DNA of 64,000 nucleotides from Pseudovirgaria hyperparasitica (taxonomy: Eukaryota): assembly GCA_010093815.1 (NCBI GenBank), contig ML996580.1. One strand, given 5' to 3'. The stretch's first letter is position 1, and each line of letters starts with the position of its first letter. This document shows positions 24,601 to 37,293 of the stretch, piece after piece. Below the pieces are notes generated by a model, which did not search any database, was not told where the DNA came from, and saw only the letters and a list, made by a program, of their open reading frames with translations. Made by a program: the position numbers and the translations under genes.

Positions 24601-25106
24601 AGGCTATTCGGACATCCCGCAGTCCGCCGGAGATAATATCATCGCGACCTGTCTGGCGATGATTCTGGGCTTCGAGCAGCGCCGACAAGCTACGAGAGGC
24701 TCTACGATGAATCTAGACTGCTTATACGATGTCTACGAATATCATTTCATGATGGATCACCACTAACATCATGAGAGGAATTGTAACGTCTACCGTAAGA
24801 GATAATCCTGAAGGATTAGGCCAACAAGCGCGTATTTCGAGGGACAAGTCTCGAGACTTCGGAAGAGAGCTGAATATGAATCACCATGGCATGGCGTCCC
24901 GAAACGAGGCACAAACAGGATTTGCAGTGTGAATTCGTGTTGGGGTCGAGAAACGCGGAGTCGTTGGTATTTTGGTCACGAGGCTGAGTCGTCGTCGCAA
25001 GGCTGGCCGGCGATCAATCGCCGACTGGTGTATGTTGCTTCTTCTTCTCCCAGCCAGAGCTGACAGTTTGGTGTCCAATGTTCGTCCGAATCAAATGGAA
25101 GTAGAG

Positions 25107-25142
25107 GATGGCACAGACGATGGCACAGACGATGGCACAGAC
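25107..25142. repeat. 12-bp tandem repeat (GATGGCACAGAC)x3
   Basis: Three perfect copies seen directly. Confidence 0.9.
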
Positions 25143-25953
25143 GATTGATTGCAATCATACAAGGACAAGGCAGCATAGAAACGTCCGAGTGTTAGCGACG
25201 TGGCCATTTCTGGCCAGGCTCACGTGAGGAGAATCCCCCAAATGCCCACTACAGGCTACAGCAAGCCTCGCATTTGCAATTCAGCAAACGCCCCAAGAAC
25301 AAAAAGCCCATCCATGGCCCTGGGGCTCCGACACGCTGGCCCAAACATGAAACGCACACCCCCCCTGGTGGATGCAGCTCGGGGCCAGGCCAGGGCACTT
25401 TGACGTCCGCATGCGGCGTCTGCAGCCAGTCGGGCTGGGGCAGGCTGGGCCGGCCTGTTTGAAACGGCAAAACTGACAGGCGTAGGCAGATAATTATATC
25501 GAGCTTACGTTGCGCGAGGCGCCAACTCACACATGCAGACGATAGAGTGATTAAGGGCTTTTACGGCGGGCCCACAGTGAGTGACTAGCCTGCACATCAC
25601 CCGTTGACACACATTCCATGCTAAGGTCTTGGATCCACACAGCTCGCAGATGCACACGCAGGTACACGCCGCGTGTTGCCCTCGTCATAGGTCTGGCCGC
25701 TGTTTGTTAAACGCCTTGCTTTTATTGAGGCTGATGCATGGCCCAGGAAGCTGCATACGCTGGCTGTTATATTAAGTTCCCTCTGCCTCTTCTTGGTGTC
25801 TGTATATACAACTCGAAACCAAGACTCCTCTCTCCAAGACCAACCAGAACATTCAACTACTGTCAACCTCCCGCTTCAGATCCAGTCCGTCATACATAAC
25901 ATTACTCCTCAACTATCTGCCATATCGCATTCGCCTCCAGCCACATCCTCACA

Positions 25954-26246
25954 ATGCATTACTACGCTCTCGCCTACGGTACCGACATCCAGGACGATAT
26001 CTACGAACAAGTGATCGGACAAGCATTGAAAGCTGAGATGGAAGATGACATAATCCTTCTCAACACACATAAAGAAGAATCTTACGATGAATATTCGGAC
26101 GATGAATATTCAGACGATGATCTCGCCGAGTAAGTCCATATGAATTGCACATTGCTTAACAACACGCTAACCTGAATAGGCTTCAAGACTGGCTCGATGC
26201 AGACATGTCAGCACCTTCAACACCTCGCGAGCAAAAGGAATATTAG
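25954..26246 (+). CDS. Putative 80-aa highly acidic microprotein; exons 25954-26129, 26180-26246
   Basis: CACAATG start context; canonical GTAAGT..GCTAAC..TAG 50-nt intron that keeps the frame; TATA-like TATATA near 25803; absent from the ORF track. Confidence 0.6.
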
Positions 26247-27455
26247 ACCATTTCGCCTTTATCTCCTTCACTTCGACAATCTCGCCTCTTCGACTCCTTC
26301 TACGTCCAGATTCATGGACGTCGCATCTTCACACAGTGTTTTAGCGCTATCTACTCTATGCCTTCCATATACGCCTCCACGATCAATTTCATTTGTTCCC
26401 ACTCTGTACTAGCTATATACGGGGGCTCTTTCCACCTCAAGGGTCTTCCTTGTCTTCATCAAACATGTCACAATATTTTATTTTTCTCTCAGATTAGGTG
26501 TTCTCGGGGTGCACAGAATTAGCGGAAAGCTCGGACTTGCAAAAGCATTTTTTTACTTTTATTGTACTACTGTAAAATTTGAATATAGACTTTGGAAAGC
26601 GAGGCGTTTGGGAAATGAGAACTGTTGATGACGTCGGGCATCACCACAGCGATCGGGCTACCGATCTGAATTTACGAGAGATTACGAATGTATCACCACA
26701 ATAATAGAATAGAACAAACGTCGCATGCGAATGCAAACAAAAACCATTTCGAACAACCGTACTATGGTGATCTTCATCTTTGAAACCTGTGCAACGTGCC
26801 TTGTCACCATTTCAAAACACCTCGCGTTACGAGCAACCGCAAACGTGATCTTTCTACGTCCGAGATGTAATATCGTTTCCGCCAGAAAACACTGCTCAGT
26901 GATTAGTAGATTGCCGCAAACAGCAGTCCCAAGCGTACGAAACCAGCATACGCGTTTTCCGTTGCAGTGGAGACGCGTTCAGCCCAAGCCCCACAATGAC
27001 TCCATCGCGCAGCGCGCCCATAGAAAGTTTTGCTGCATCTGCCACCTGCATCGCGAGGCTCAATCTTTCGGGTCATAAGGCTATCGTGTACATGCGCGAG
27101 GAGCGGGGGTTGGACCGATCTCCTATGCGGCATACAATAGGAGATCTAAGTCATGCATAAGGCTGTGACGTCAATTCATCGCCGATAGAAAAATGATTTT
27201 TGAGGCGTGTGAGTCCGGTTGTCGGGGAATTGGGTATGGGTATGACGTAGAGCTGGGGTTACAGTGGTTTTCTGATGTAGGCTTGATGCTAAGGATCGTA
27301 GGCATCGAGGATGGGATTCTTGCTGATACATGGATGACATGGGCCTGGGACCGGCTCAAGATAGTCGCACCATCTAGTATGCTACGAGGGTCTGTCCTTT
27401 AGACGTAGTCCCAAGATGTATGTGTCGTCAACTATTTCATTGTGCCTATAGGTAG

Positions 27456-28144
27456 CTATTCATGACACGCTCCTTCTTGCCAGCCTGAACTGACCCCAGT
27501 CGTATAACGGCCAAGAATGAGCTCCCCAAATAGCACACCACCAAGGACGGCAAACAGGAAGCCTACGTTAAAGGTCATCACTGCGAGCATGCTGTAGATC
27601 GGTCAGCATTGAATATTGAAACAACGCAAGGAAGGCCTATGACGACATACAGGATGTAGCCAATAAAAGCTCGGAGGAATTCCAACAGCGCGCGTGTCCC
27701 ATCTCTACTCAGGGACCATGCACCATTCGACACCCACCCCGATGGTAGATATGCGCTTCGCGAAGCTGCCCGCTCGACGACGATATCATTCGCATCTGAC
27801 TTTTGGCCAGCATCATCGTTATCGGAGTGCATATGCGTAGCAAGGTATGGGGATAGTGGTTCGGCTTCGGATTCATTGGCCTCGGAGGAATAGTTTGCTT
27901 CCCGTCGGCTTCGCGACCTGTGATGCTTCTTAATGTCCGGCGATCGAACTGCTACCCACGATCTCTCGAGCTGGGTCTTCAGTGCCCCGAGATAACGGTT
28001 GGCCATCGCGATGAATATCAAGAAGATCAGAGATCCGACATATGCAGCTGGCGAGTTGGTAGTCCATCCGGGGAAGAACAAGGTGACGCGAGTGGATGTT
28101 GAGAATGTGGACGACATGGTCGTCATCATTGTGTTTGCTTCCAT
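27456..28144 (-). CDS. Ctr-family copper transporter; exons 28144-27651, 27591-27456
   Basis: Met-rich N-terminus, LFFPGW, spliced TM2 MLAVMTFN (MxxxM), TM3 GVLFG (GxxxG), C-terminal GACHE. Confidence 0.92.
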
Positions 28145-28259
28145 AATTCATGTAGATATAGGGGCGTCTGCAGCAGAGCTGTCCCTCAATCGCTGTTGCA
28201 GACGATAGATGATCCTTTGTGATTGAGATCTATTGAAGTCCGTTGGCTCACGTATTCAT

Positions 28260-28756
28260 AGAGCACGAAGATGCTGTGATATGCCTTTCTCTTCGTGGCT
28301 AAGAAGAACGTAAGCTTGCTAAGTTATTGGATACATGTCGGCTTGGATAACACCTCAAACGTGCTCAAAGTATATCATTGAGCCTGTGGGGTCGGCTTCC
28401 ACTCAGTACATTGCTGTACAGTTGCTGCAATCTATCAGAGCACACATTACCTATTCACCACCAGGCTCTGATCCTTATGTTGCGATTAGTTGTGCGCTGA
28501 TGATTTTACGCCTTCTTGCATACTTAGAGGACGGTAGTTAACATCTAAGTCGTTGTCGCGTCGATGGATAGCTCTCATACTGAGGGCAATTTCACGCACG
28601 CCACAAATATGTGACGCAGTAAGTCGCCATACAAGTATTAACTTGTATACGATCAAGCCGGATGTGATGCTATAGTATACTACGAAACAATAAAAGTAAC
28701 AGCACTGTGCCAACTGAACATGATTACAACGACGCGCCATCTACCTTATTTGCTCA
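28260..28756. promoter_or_regulatory. Cluster of Mac1-type copper-responsive-element-like motifs upstream of the Ctr gene
   Basis: CGTGCTCT (minus, 28260-28267), CGTGCTCA (28360-28367), TGTGCTCT (minus, 28437-28444), TTTGCTCA (28749-28756). Confidence 0.5.
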
Positions 28757-28853
28757 ACAATGCTTATGTCAGCTAGTTGACACTACTAGTAGCCCGTAGA
28801 TACCTAGTTATGACTAGGCGCAAATAGGAAGGGCGGATTTCTTTCACGTATCG

Positions 28854-31800
28854 ATGTCCTCACGTCTCAAGGTGCGCAATCATTATTTCGAGGTGTAATT
28901 CTCTAACACTTTATTAGCCGGCCAGCTTACGAGCGCCAGTGACTGCACTTGCGACCAGCTGGAATCTAGTTCTAGCCGGCGAAGGGCCATATTTGCGCGT
29001 GTGGAAGTATGAACATCATACGTCACCTTTACTCGTACATCCGATCTTTGAAGCTCAGGCAATACATGGCATTGCTACGAGGACTATCAACGTGACAGAT
29101 GCAGTGTTAGTCGTATGGGGAGGTCGAGAAATACGAGTGTTGCATCTCAAGCATGAAGTCAACGCAACCGCGCCTGACGAACTCAGCATATCGATCGTCG
29201 CCTCTGCTACCGCTCCGGACTGGATACTAGACCTTACTCTAGCTTGTGGAAAGGAGCATTCGGAAGGGACCACTCAAGTTGTGTTACTAACAGCTCACAA
29301 TGCTCTGCTCACCTTGGACGTTAACTTCAATCCTGCAAGCCAGCATCAGGTAACACCCTTGCGACAAATCACAACAGGATCGCGTTGCATACTGTATGCA
29401 GCACACATCTTACGGACTGGTGACGACTGTTTTCTTGTTGCGTCGGGCACAGCTTTTGGCGAGATCATTGTATGGTCAGTGGAGTCTATCAGTAGCGAAG
29501 ATGTTACCGTCAGGCTATGCCATGTGTTCACAGGGCATGAAGGCTCAATATTTGGCGTTCAAATATCACATGAACTGAGCCTTAACCCCAAGATATCCCC
29601 TCAGAGATTATTGGCGAGTTGTAGCGATGACCGTACCATTCGCATCTGGAATTTGTCGGGCATTGGGGACAAGGCAATATCCAACGACCCTTCAAGAACT
29701 CTCGACGCGTTGCGCGATAGAGAGACTGGATTTGGGGCTAACATTGAGGACATAAATGCCGTTCCTGATGACCGGAATCGATGCATAGCGACGGCTTTTG
29801 GTCATCTTTCGCGAATTTGGCTCGTGCGATTCCTCGACCACCGTAGTTCCAACTCGCAAAGTAGGATCCGGCTTATATCGGCAGGGGAAGATGCGAGTTG
29901 CCAATTATGGCAGCTGGAAGCCAAGAGTATAGAAGGCAAATACGCTGCCGTACTTGAGCATCTTAGTACTTCTAGGCTTCATAGCGGCAAGAACATCTGG
30001 TCTATCTCTGTCCTGGAGACTAAAATGATATCTGGTTCGAGGGACAGCAACAATGTCATAGTTATTAGCGGGGGTGCTGATGCTGCTGTTGTTAGCAGAT
30101 CCTTTCAAGCTACTGAGTCGCTATCTGAGGTCGAAGAAGTGCTTACCGAGTCGGTAAAGCCTTCTGCCATTCTCGACGAAGAGTGGACTGTGCCGCAAGC
30201 ATTAATTGCAGCAAACTCATGTTCCGAGAGTCGCCAAAGATCTCCCGAGCAACATAATCCTGCATCGTTCTTCCGGGCGTACTCATTCATCAGTGAGAAC
30301 GAGGTCTTGGCTACGACAAGCAAGGGACATATTCTCAAGGCAAGCATTGAGCCTGGTAAGTCTCTGAGATGGAGTCTACTTCAGCAACTACATGACCTTG
30401 AGAAGTTCGCGCTATGTACCTCGTCTATCACGGCACAGATGGCTTTTATTGCCTCTGGCAGTGGACAGATTTACTGCTTCCAGAATCAGACTGCCTTGTT
30501 GACACCGTTGGTCAGAGTAGATGGCAAAGTCGCCGCGATATTCGCGCGAGACAATGCGTTTGATGTCGAGACCGCACCACGGGAGATTAGTCTGCTCATA
30601 ACCACAGTTGGCACCACATTCGCGCGCCGTCTGGTTGTCGACGTGCCGAGCACGAATGCGAGCCCAGTTGTTACCAAGGCAGATCGTATCACTTTGGAGC
30701 AGGGCTTCACTGTGACCGCGTACGTACACGAATCCCCAGAGGATTCAAATGATGGAAGATTCATACTTGGAAGCCGGGAAGGCGCAATTTCGCTATGGGA
30801 TCTGAACCTTGAGTCAAGTCACGCGACACTGACGATGCGGCATGTTCATAGGAATGAATCGGTGACAGCATTGGAATGGGCTTCAGAGTCTGAAGGGAAT
30901 CTCCTCTTTTCAGTCGGACGCGATGGTACATGTTGTGTACACCGAATTGATTTCTTCCGCAGGACTTTCGTCACTGTACATAGGTCAAATCTACCATTTG
31001 GACCAAACATCGAGGGGTTGAGCCTAGACAAAACGACCGGCGACGTGATTGCATATGGCTTTCATGGGAAGAAGTTCACCGCTCAGTCTCTGAATGATGA
31101 ACAAGAACTGATCACTATCGAATGTGGTGGTGCTCATCGCTTATGGGCTTATAATTCGCCGAGAAATATAGACACTTCCAACTCTGGTGGAACATTGATC
31201 TGGACGAAAGCCTCAAAACTTCGCATATGTGCAAAACCTCGAGCTTCATACAAAGAATTGCAGCATGGAGGACATGGACGAGAAATCAAGGCTTGTGATG
31301 TCTTCAGTCACGGATCTAGTAAACTCATTGCAACCGGTGCAGAAGACACCGACATTAAGCTATTCATACCGACGCAGGGAGGCGAAGCAAAACACTTGGT
31401 GGGCTTCAAATGCATTCGCACGGTCCGGAAGCATGTTACTGGCATCCAGAATCTGAAGTGGTCCAAAGACGGCTCCTTTCTATTCAGTAGTGGCGGATGT
31501 GAAGAGTTCTTCGTATGGCGCTTCCACAATGTGGACGTTCTACGCATCGGTGTCGTCTGTGAGGCTGTATGCCCTACCATCAGCGATGTATCGGACTTAC
31601 GCATCACGGACTTCGATATCCTAGAGGGACACAGTGACGAGGATGCTGAGTCGTACAAGTTCACAATCGCTATGACGTTCTCTGATTCCACGATCCGAGT
31701 AAGTACCCAAGCCAGCCAATCCTCCAGCCCCTTACGACCCGTCTTACTCATCTGAATTCTAGATCTACGACTACACCTCAACTACAGCGTCCAAGAAATT

Positions 31801-32425
31801 CGCTCTTCAGAGCACTGGCACATACACCACGGCATGCCTGACCAAAATCGCATTTCTGTCCCCAACCACCTTTGTCACAGCCAGCACGAACGGACACATT
31901 GCATACTGGACGCTGTGCAATACCGTTCCGAGCGACGCCCCACCCGCTCTAGTCTATTCTACTCATCATCGCATTCACCAATCGACCATCAAATCGCTCG
32001 CGCACATAGCTTTGACCGATGGCACATCGCTCATCGTCACTACAGGCGATGATAATGCATTAGGCTTGACCCTGTGCTCTTGGAGCGCAACTACCGAGAT
32101 ACCGTCTTTCTCAACACTCCTTATTCCCCGTGCTCATGCTGCTGCGATCAACGATTGTGCATTGCTGGACTCCCAATCCGGCGTCTTCGCTGTGACGGTC
32201 TCGAATGACCAGAGGTTGAAAATGTGGAGCATCAAGGTAGATCTAGATAAGAAGGGGACCGACAGATTGGATGCATGTCTGGTTGAAGATGTGCCCAGCG
32301 CTGTGGCGGATGCGAGTAGTCTCTGTGTGTATCCAGATTCAGGAGAACTTCAACAAGAAGGCGTATTGCTGAGAGTACTAGTATGCGGCGTGGGTATGGA
32401 GGAATGGAAGTTCAATACGGTTTGA
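28854..32425 (+). CDS. RTT10: WD40 protein WDR6/Trm734/Rtt10 (tRNA 2'-O-methylation regulator); exons 28854-28871, 28918-31698, 31763-32425
   Basis: VASGTAFGEI, FTGHEGSIFGV, SCSDDRTIRIW, CGGAHRLW, HGREIK, ATGAEDT, LFSSGGCEEFFVW, TGDDNAL; canonical introns join the ORFs in frame. Confidence 0.88.
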
Positions 32426-32634
32426 TACCACTAGGCGATGCAAAAAGTGCTTAATAATAGAACAGATCTGGTATTGCGCCTCTGATCGCGTGAACCTGGA
32501 TTTTTTATCTATTATGAGGTGTAGATAATACATGCAATGCAACGTCCCAAACCCAAGGCCATGAAACGCCCAGAAGGTTACCCATCAGACCAAGGACATC
32601 CAGGTACAACAGCACCAAACTTATACACAACTTC

Positions 32635-35600
32635 TTATTCGTATCTCGGGTCATCATCTCCAGTTGCCGCTGGTGTTGGTGCGCTCCATTGTCCCGGCGT
32701 CTCAGCAAATCCACCTGGAGTCTCTGCATAGCCACCAGGCGTGGGAGCAGCATACGCCCCAGGCGTTGGTGCTCCCGCCGGTGTGGCGTAGTTGCCATAA
32801 GAGCCAGCACCGTAGCGAGGCGTGGCATGGTCTCCAGGCGTCGGTGCAGCAAAGCCTGGTGTTGGCGCATCATATGCCGCGGGCGTTGGGGCGCTCTGGT
32901 AGGTGTTGGACGGCGGCGAGGCCGCATTGCGAGACGCAGATGAGCCCCATGTTGATGATGAAGCGTCAGTGGCATAAGGGTTAGGGGTCTTGGCAGAGGC
33001 AGACCACGTTGACTGTTGAATTTTAGCGGAAAACCACGGTTGGGATCGTTGAGCACTTACGTTTCCATAGGCAGTTCTACTGCCATCATTACCACCATAC
33101 GCAGTACGGCTACCATCATTTCCTCCGTATGCGGTGCGACTGCCATCGTTTCCGCCATACGCGGTCCGGCCTCCGTCATTTCCGCCTTGCCATGCGGGCG
33201 TCTTTGCAGAACTCCATGCTGGAGTCTTAGCACCACCGGACTTCCATGCAGGCGTTGCTCCGCCCATGCGCGAGCCTCCCCATGATGGCGTCGGTCCAGC
33301 AGCGTTGGGTCCAAAGCGTCCTGGTGTACCACCGCCGATCTTGGGACGAGTATTCCCAAAGCGGTTGAAGTCGACTGATTGACCGGTGATTGGATCTTTG
33401 ATTGCAAGAATGTCTTTTTTCATGGTGATCGTCTTGCTCTTCGTGTGTAGCTCCACTCTTGCTTCCAAGTCAGTCGTATCTTTGACAATGCCCAGTAATC
33501 CTTTGTGTGGCCCTTTTTTAACGTGCACTGTCTTCCCAATGAGCTTGTCTCTACCGAAGGTTTTGGGAGGTGCCATGGCACCACCAGCATTCGGTGCACC
33601 ATTGCGGGGTTGCAATGCTGGATTCATCTTGGTGAGATCAGGACCAGCGTTCTGAACGCGTCCCCCCTTTGCAGCCACAGTCGTGACATTAGTGCTACGC
33701 GTCACGAAAATACCGGCATTCTCGGTCTGTTGTCTGTTCTGACAGAATAGAAAGTTCCTGTGGATGTGCATGATGCGACCTTGCTTGGACTCCATACCTG
33801 ATTCTTTGACAGTATCATCGGGTCGAAGTTCGGACCCATCACGATCAGTAGCTACTGCTCTAGCACGCTTCTCGATCTTACTTGAGATCTGAGACGGAAG
33901 CATCGTTCGGACAGAGCCATTCTGGTCGAGAACCTTGAGAGACTCACGATCGACGCGAACGATGCACGCGACGGTCGAGACGTCCAGCTGAACAAGATCG
34001 TAAAGGTCGTAGACCCCGCTGCTAGGTAAGTTGGTTGCAGCACTTGCCAGTCGAAGGTCCCTCGATAATACCGGCATCTCTTGGTTGTTGGAATCTGCTA
34101 GGAATGTCACTTGATCGCCCTTAACCTTGACAACCATTCCAACTTCATCCTGATATTTGCCAGCCAAGACCTTGACATAATCACCCTCAGCAAACTTCTT
34201 TCTGAGAGCCTTGATGGGTGCCTCTATAGTCTGGTCTACCAACATCCCTTCGGTGACTTTCAAGGTGACAATTTCTCCACGGACAGAAATAGCCCGTCCA
34301 ACCACGCCTGCTTGTTCTCCTTGACTAAGCTCGACGAGATCGCCGGGGAGGAAAGCATCTGCCGTTACGCTGTTTTTCAGTGTATTTGCTAGAGCTGTCA
34401 AATCAAGTTCTTCGGTTCCATCAGCCGCGCCAGCGGCAAACTTGCTGACTTCATCAAGCTTCGGATTGACATTCTCTGTTTCCAGGTATGTTATCCGATA
34501 GTCTTTGATCAAGAAGCCGTTCTCATACGAATCGCCCTTGTACGTGTAGTCTCGCCTTCCCAACCCACCGTTCACAGAAAGGAATTTGGCATTTCTTCCT
34601 TTCCGTGCCTCGGTCTCGTTGAATAGTCGCTGTGGAGGTCGAGGCATGTTCGCAGGCTTTCCGAATTTGCGTTTCTTGTCAGTAGCCGGTGCGTTGACAT
34701 CTTCGTTAAGACCATAATCCAAGCGGGGAATGAGCTTGACGGTGACATCTACACCATTCGCTTCCACAGCTACGACCTGTGCAAGATCTCCTGCATACAT
34801 TGCAGGCCTCTTCATGCGTACGTAGGCTCCTGGGTTGAGTGTCTTCGACTTAGTGACTCGAAGGAGGTCCGGCATCTCATTGACGGGTATCAAGATCATC
34901 TTTGTGCGTGGGTAGCAGAACGCGATGCCCTCGGTGGCCGTGAAGACTGCATTTTGGGTGCGTGCTTCAATGTATATGTAGCCAGCCATTGTTCCTGCGC
35001 CTCGCTCGAAAGCAGAGAATATTTGGAGGGGCTCTCGCGTCAGTGCTTGCTCCTGTTGTCTTTTCGTGATCGAGAATATGACTTCCTTTTCTTTGCCCGG
35101 CTTGCACCGTACTCCCCAGATGCTCGGATCATCTACTGAAGGGAGCAGCAGTCTTTGTGGTACCACCGCTGAGTCTATTGCAGCGGCTCGACTGCGGCCA
35201 TATCGTTCGCGAAGTGCCTGAAGTTGCGATGTCAACGATTTGTACAAGCCAGTCTGGTGAAAATACTTACTGCGGCCTGTTTCTCAGCATCCATACTCGC
35301 CTCCATCTCACGTTGTCTATCCAATTCGCGATGGCGACGATCGTCTCTATTATCGTCGCGCACATCTAGGAGATCATCGGGGTGCACTTCTTCTGGCATG
35401 TCTCCCTCCTCGTCTTCCATTTCTTCCTCGTCTTCCTCGTCAACTTCGGCTTCGACATCTATGAACTGTAGTCTTGCGTCGCGCTTTCTTCGTTTTCGTG
35501 TATGCCCCTGGGAAGGTTAGCCATAGATTCGACATATATGTAGTGTGGTCAGCACAAACCCGAACTTCATCTTCTTCATCGTCCTCCTCTTCATCCTCAT

Positions 35601-35874
35601 CGTCATCGTTCCCTAAGTCTTCGCCTTCACCCTCCTCATCTTCGTCTCCGCCAGCTTCATCTTCGTTGTCCTCATCGCCACTTTGGTGCCTACTCCGCGA
35701 TCTTTTCGTAGGACGCGACCCTTGTTCATCTTCATCTTCAGCTGGAGGTCGAGATCGTCGGTCTTTGGTGGCAGGAGGTTGCACATCATCTTCATCTATA
35801 TGAGCCGAAGGATTGAAGTCTTCTTCATCATCCGAGTCATTAAACTGCTGGTCCAAGAAATTTGAGGTCGACAT
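32635..35874 (-). CDS. SPT5: Transcription elongation factor Spt5 (acidic N-terminus, NGN, KOW domains, C-terminal repeats)
   Basis: [60 protein letters not shown] and APTPG repeats. Confidence 0.97.
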
Positions 35875-36159
35875 AGTAATGTGAGTGGAGGTCGTTCGTG
35901 GACGTTGAGGTAATACGCGTAAGGTGACGAACAGATCTTGAAGGGAATGAACAAATAGCAATCGTTGTATCGCCTCGAGAGATTTTGAGGACCTTCAGTA
36001 TCGCTTAGGCTGAGATGGACCTTAGTTACCTATCGCGAGGCAACTATATACGAACACGGTTCACGGTTTCTGTAGAACCGCATCCAAATGTGGCTAGACC
36101 TGAATAAGACCTAGGGTTGTTACGGCACAACTACGGTACCGTGGCCACGCTAGTGGAAT

Positions 36160-36171
36160 TTAGGGTTAGGG
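36160..36171 (+). promoter_or_regulatory. TTAGGGTTAGGG telobox-like element in the SPT5/RPL34 divergent promoter
   Basis: Two perfect TTAGGG units about 113 bp upstream of the RPL34 ATG; a further TAGGGTT near 36112. Confidence 0.5.
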
Positions 36172-36283
36172 CGACTTTGCTGCTTAGCGATGAGCCCACA
36201 GCTCAATTCAACCTCGACAATTTCGACATTAGCGAATTCGCGACGACGACTCTACTAACATCACAGCATCCAACGTCGCCACG

Positions 36284-36878
36284 ATGCCTTCCACAAGACT
36301 GACCTACGTAAGTAACTCCTTATCACATCGCCACTGTCAACTCACTAACATTGACCCTTTCCAGCGCCGAAGGAACCCGTAAGTCCCTGAGCCTAAACGC
36401 ACGCACAATTTTCCGTCTCGAACCCTACGACCTCAGCACCAACGCAACCCTTAGGGAACCCGTATAATGACATCTGGGAAATAGATACAACACCAAGTCG
36501 AACAAGGTTCGCGTCATCAAGACCCCCGGCGGTGAACTACGATACCTGCACATCAAGAAGCGCGGCACTGCGCCTAAATGCGGTGACTGTGGCATCAAGC
36601 TCCCGGGTGTAAGTTACCCTGCTGTTTCAATACTCCATAGGCACATGAGTTCTTGGACAGTGTAGATATAAGGACAAGCATCTGACGCAAGATATTAGAT
36701 TCCCGCCCTCCGTCCCCGCGAATACGCCACCGTCTCTCGCCCTAAGAAGACCGTCCAGCGTGCCTACGGTGGCTCGCGCTGCGCCAACTGTGTCAAGGAC
36801 CGCATTACCCGAGCATTCCTAATTGAGGAGCAGAAGATCGTGAAGAAGGTGTTGAAGGAAAGCCAAAAGAAGCGTTAA
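36284..36878 (+). CDS. RPL34: 60S ribosomal protein L34 (eL34); exons 36284-36307, 36365-36378, 36485-36608, 36699-36878
   Basis: Spliced [82 protein letters not shown]; missed by the ORF track. Confidence 0.97.
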
Positions 36879-37293
36879 AGCGAGGGGAAGAGAGGATGTG
36901 CTGGGGTACGGTAGACGGTGTTTCTTGACCACGGTTCATCATATAGGGAAAATATGGGATCCCTAGGAGCTCGCATTGTATGTGGCAGTTGGAGTGGCAG
37001 ATATTCCCGCGCCTTGAAATAACGTCCAAACTCAATTCTCCCACTGATGGAGCGTGACGAGCAGATTTGCCCCGACACATGGTCATGCCATTCTAGAATA
37101 GGGATATTTCCTATTGTCTCATACTCGTGTACAGAACAGACTACCTCCGATACCGTTATGAACACCATGCATCGAAAACTTGAGCCGTAAGGATATGCCC
37201 ATCCCTTCCCCCAGGTCATAATGTAAACGCCATGCTATGCTTTTATCGACCACTAATCACTTCTTAAAATATACTGAAAGACCAAGCCGAGGC

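Noticed and set aside
36379..36698. Intronic snoRNA in RPL34
   Set aside because: No RUGAUGA box C paired with a terminal CUGA and no clear H/ACA structure
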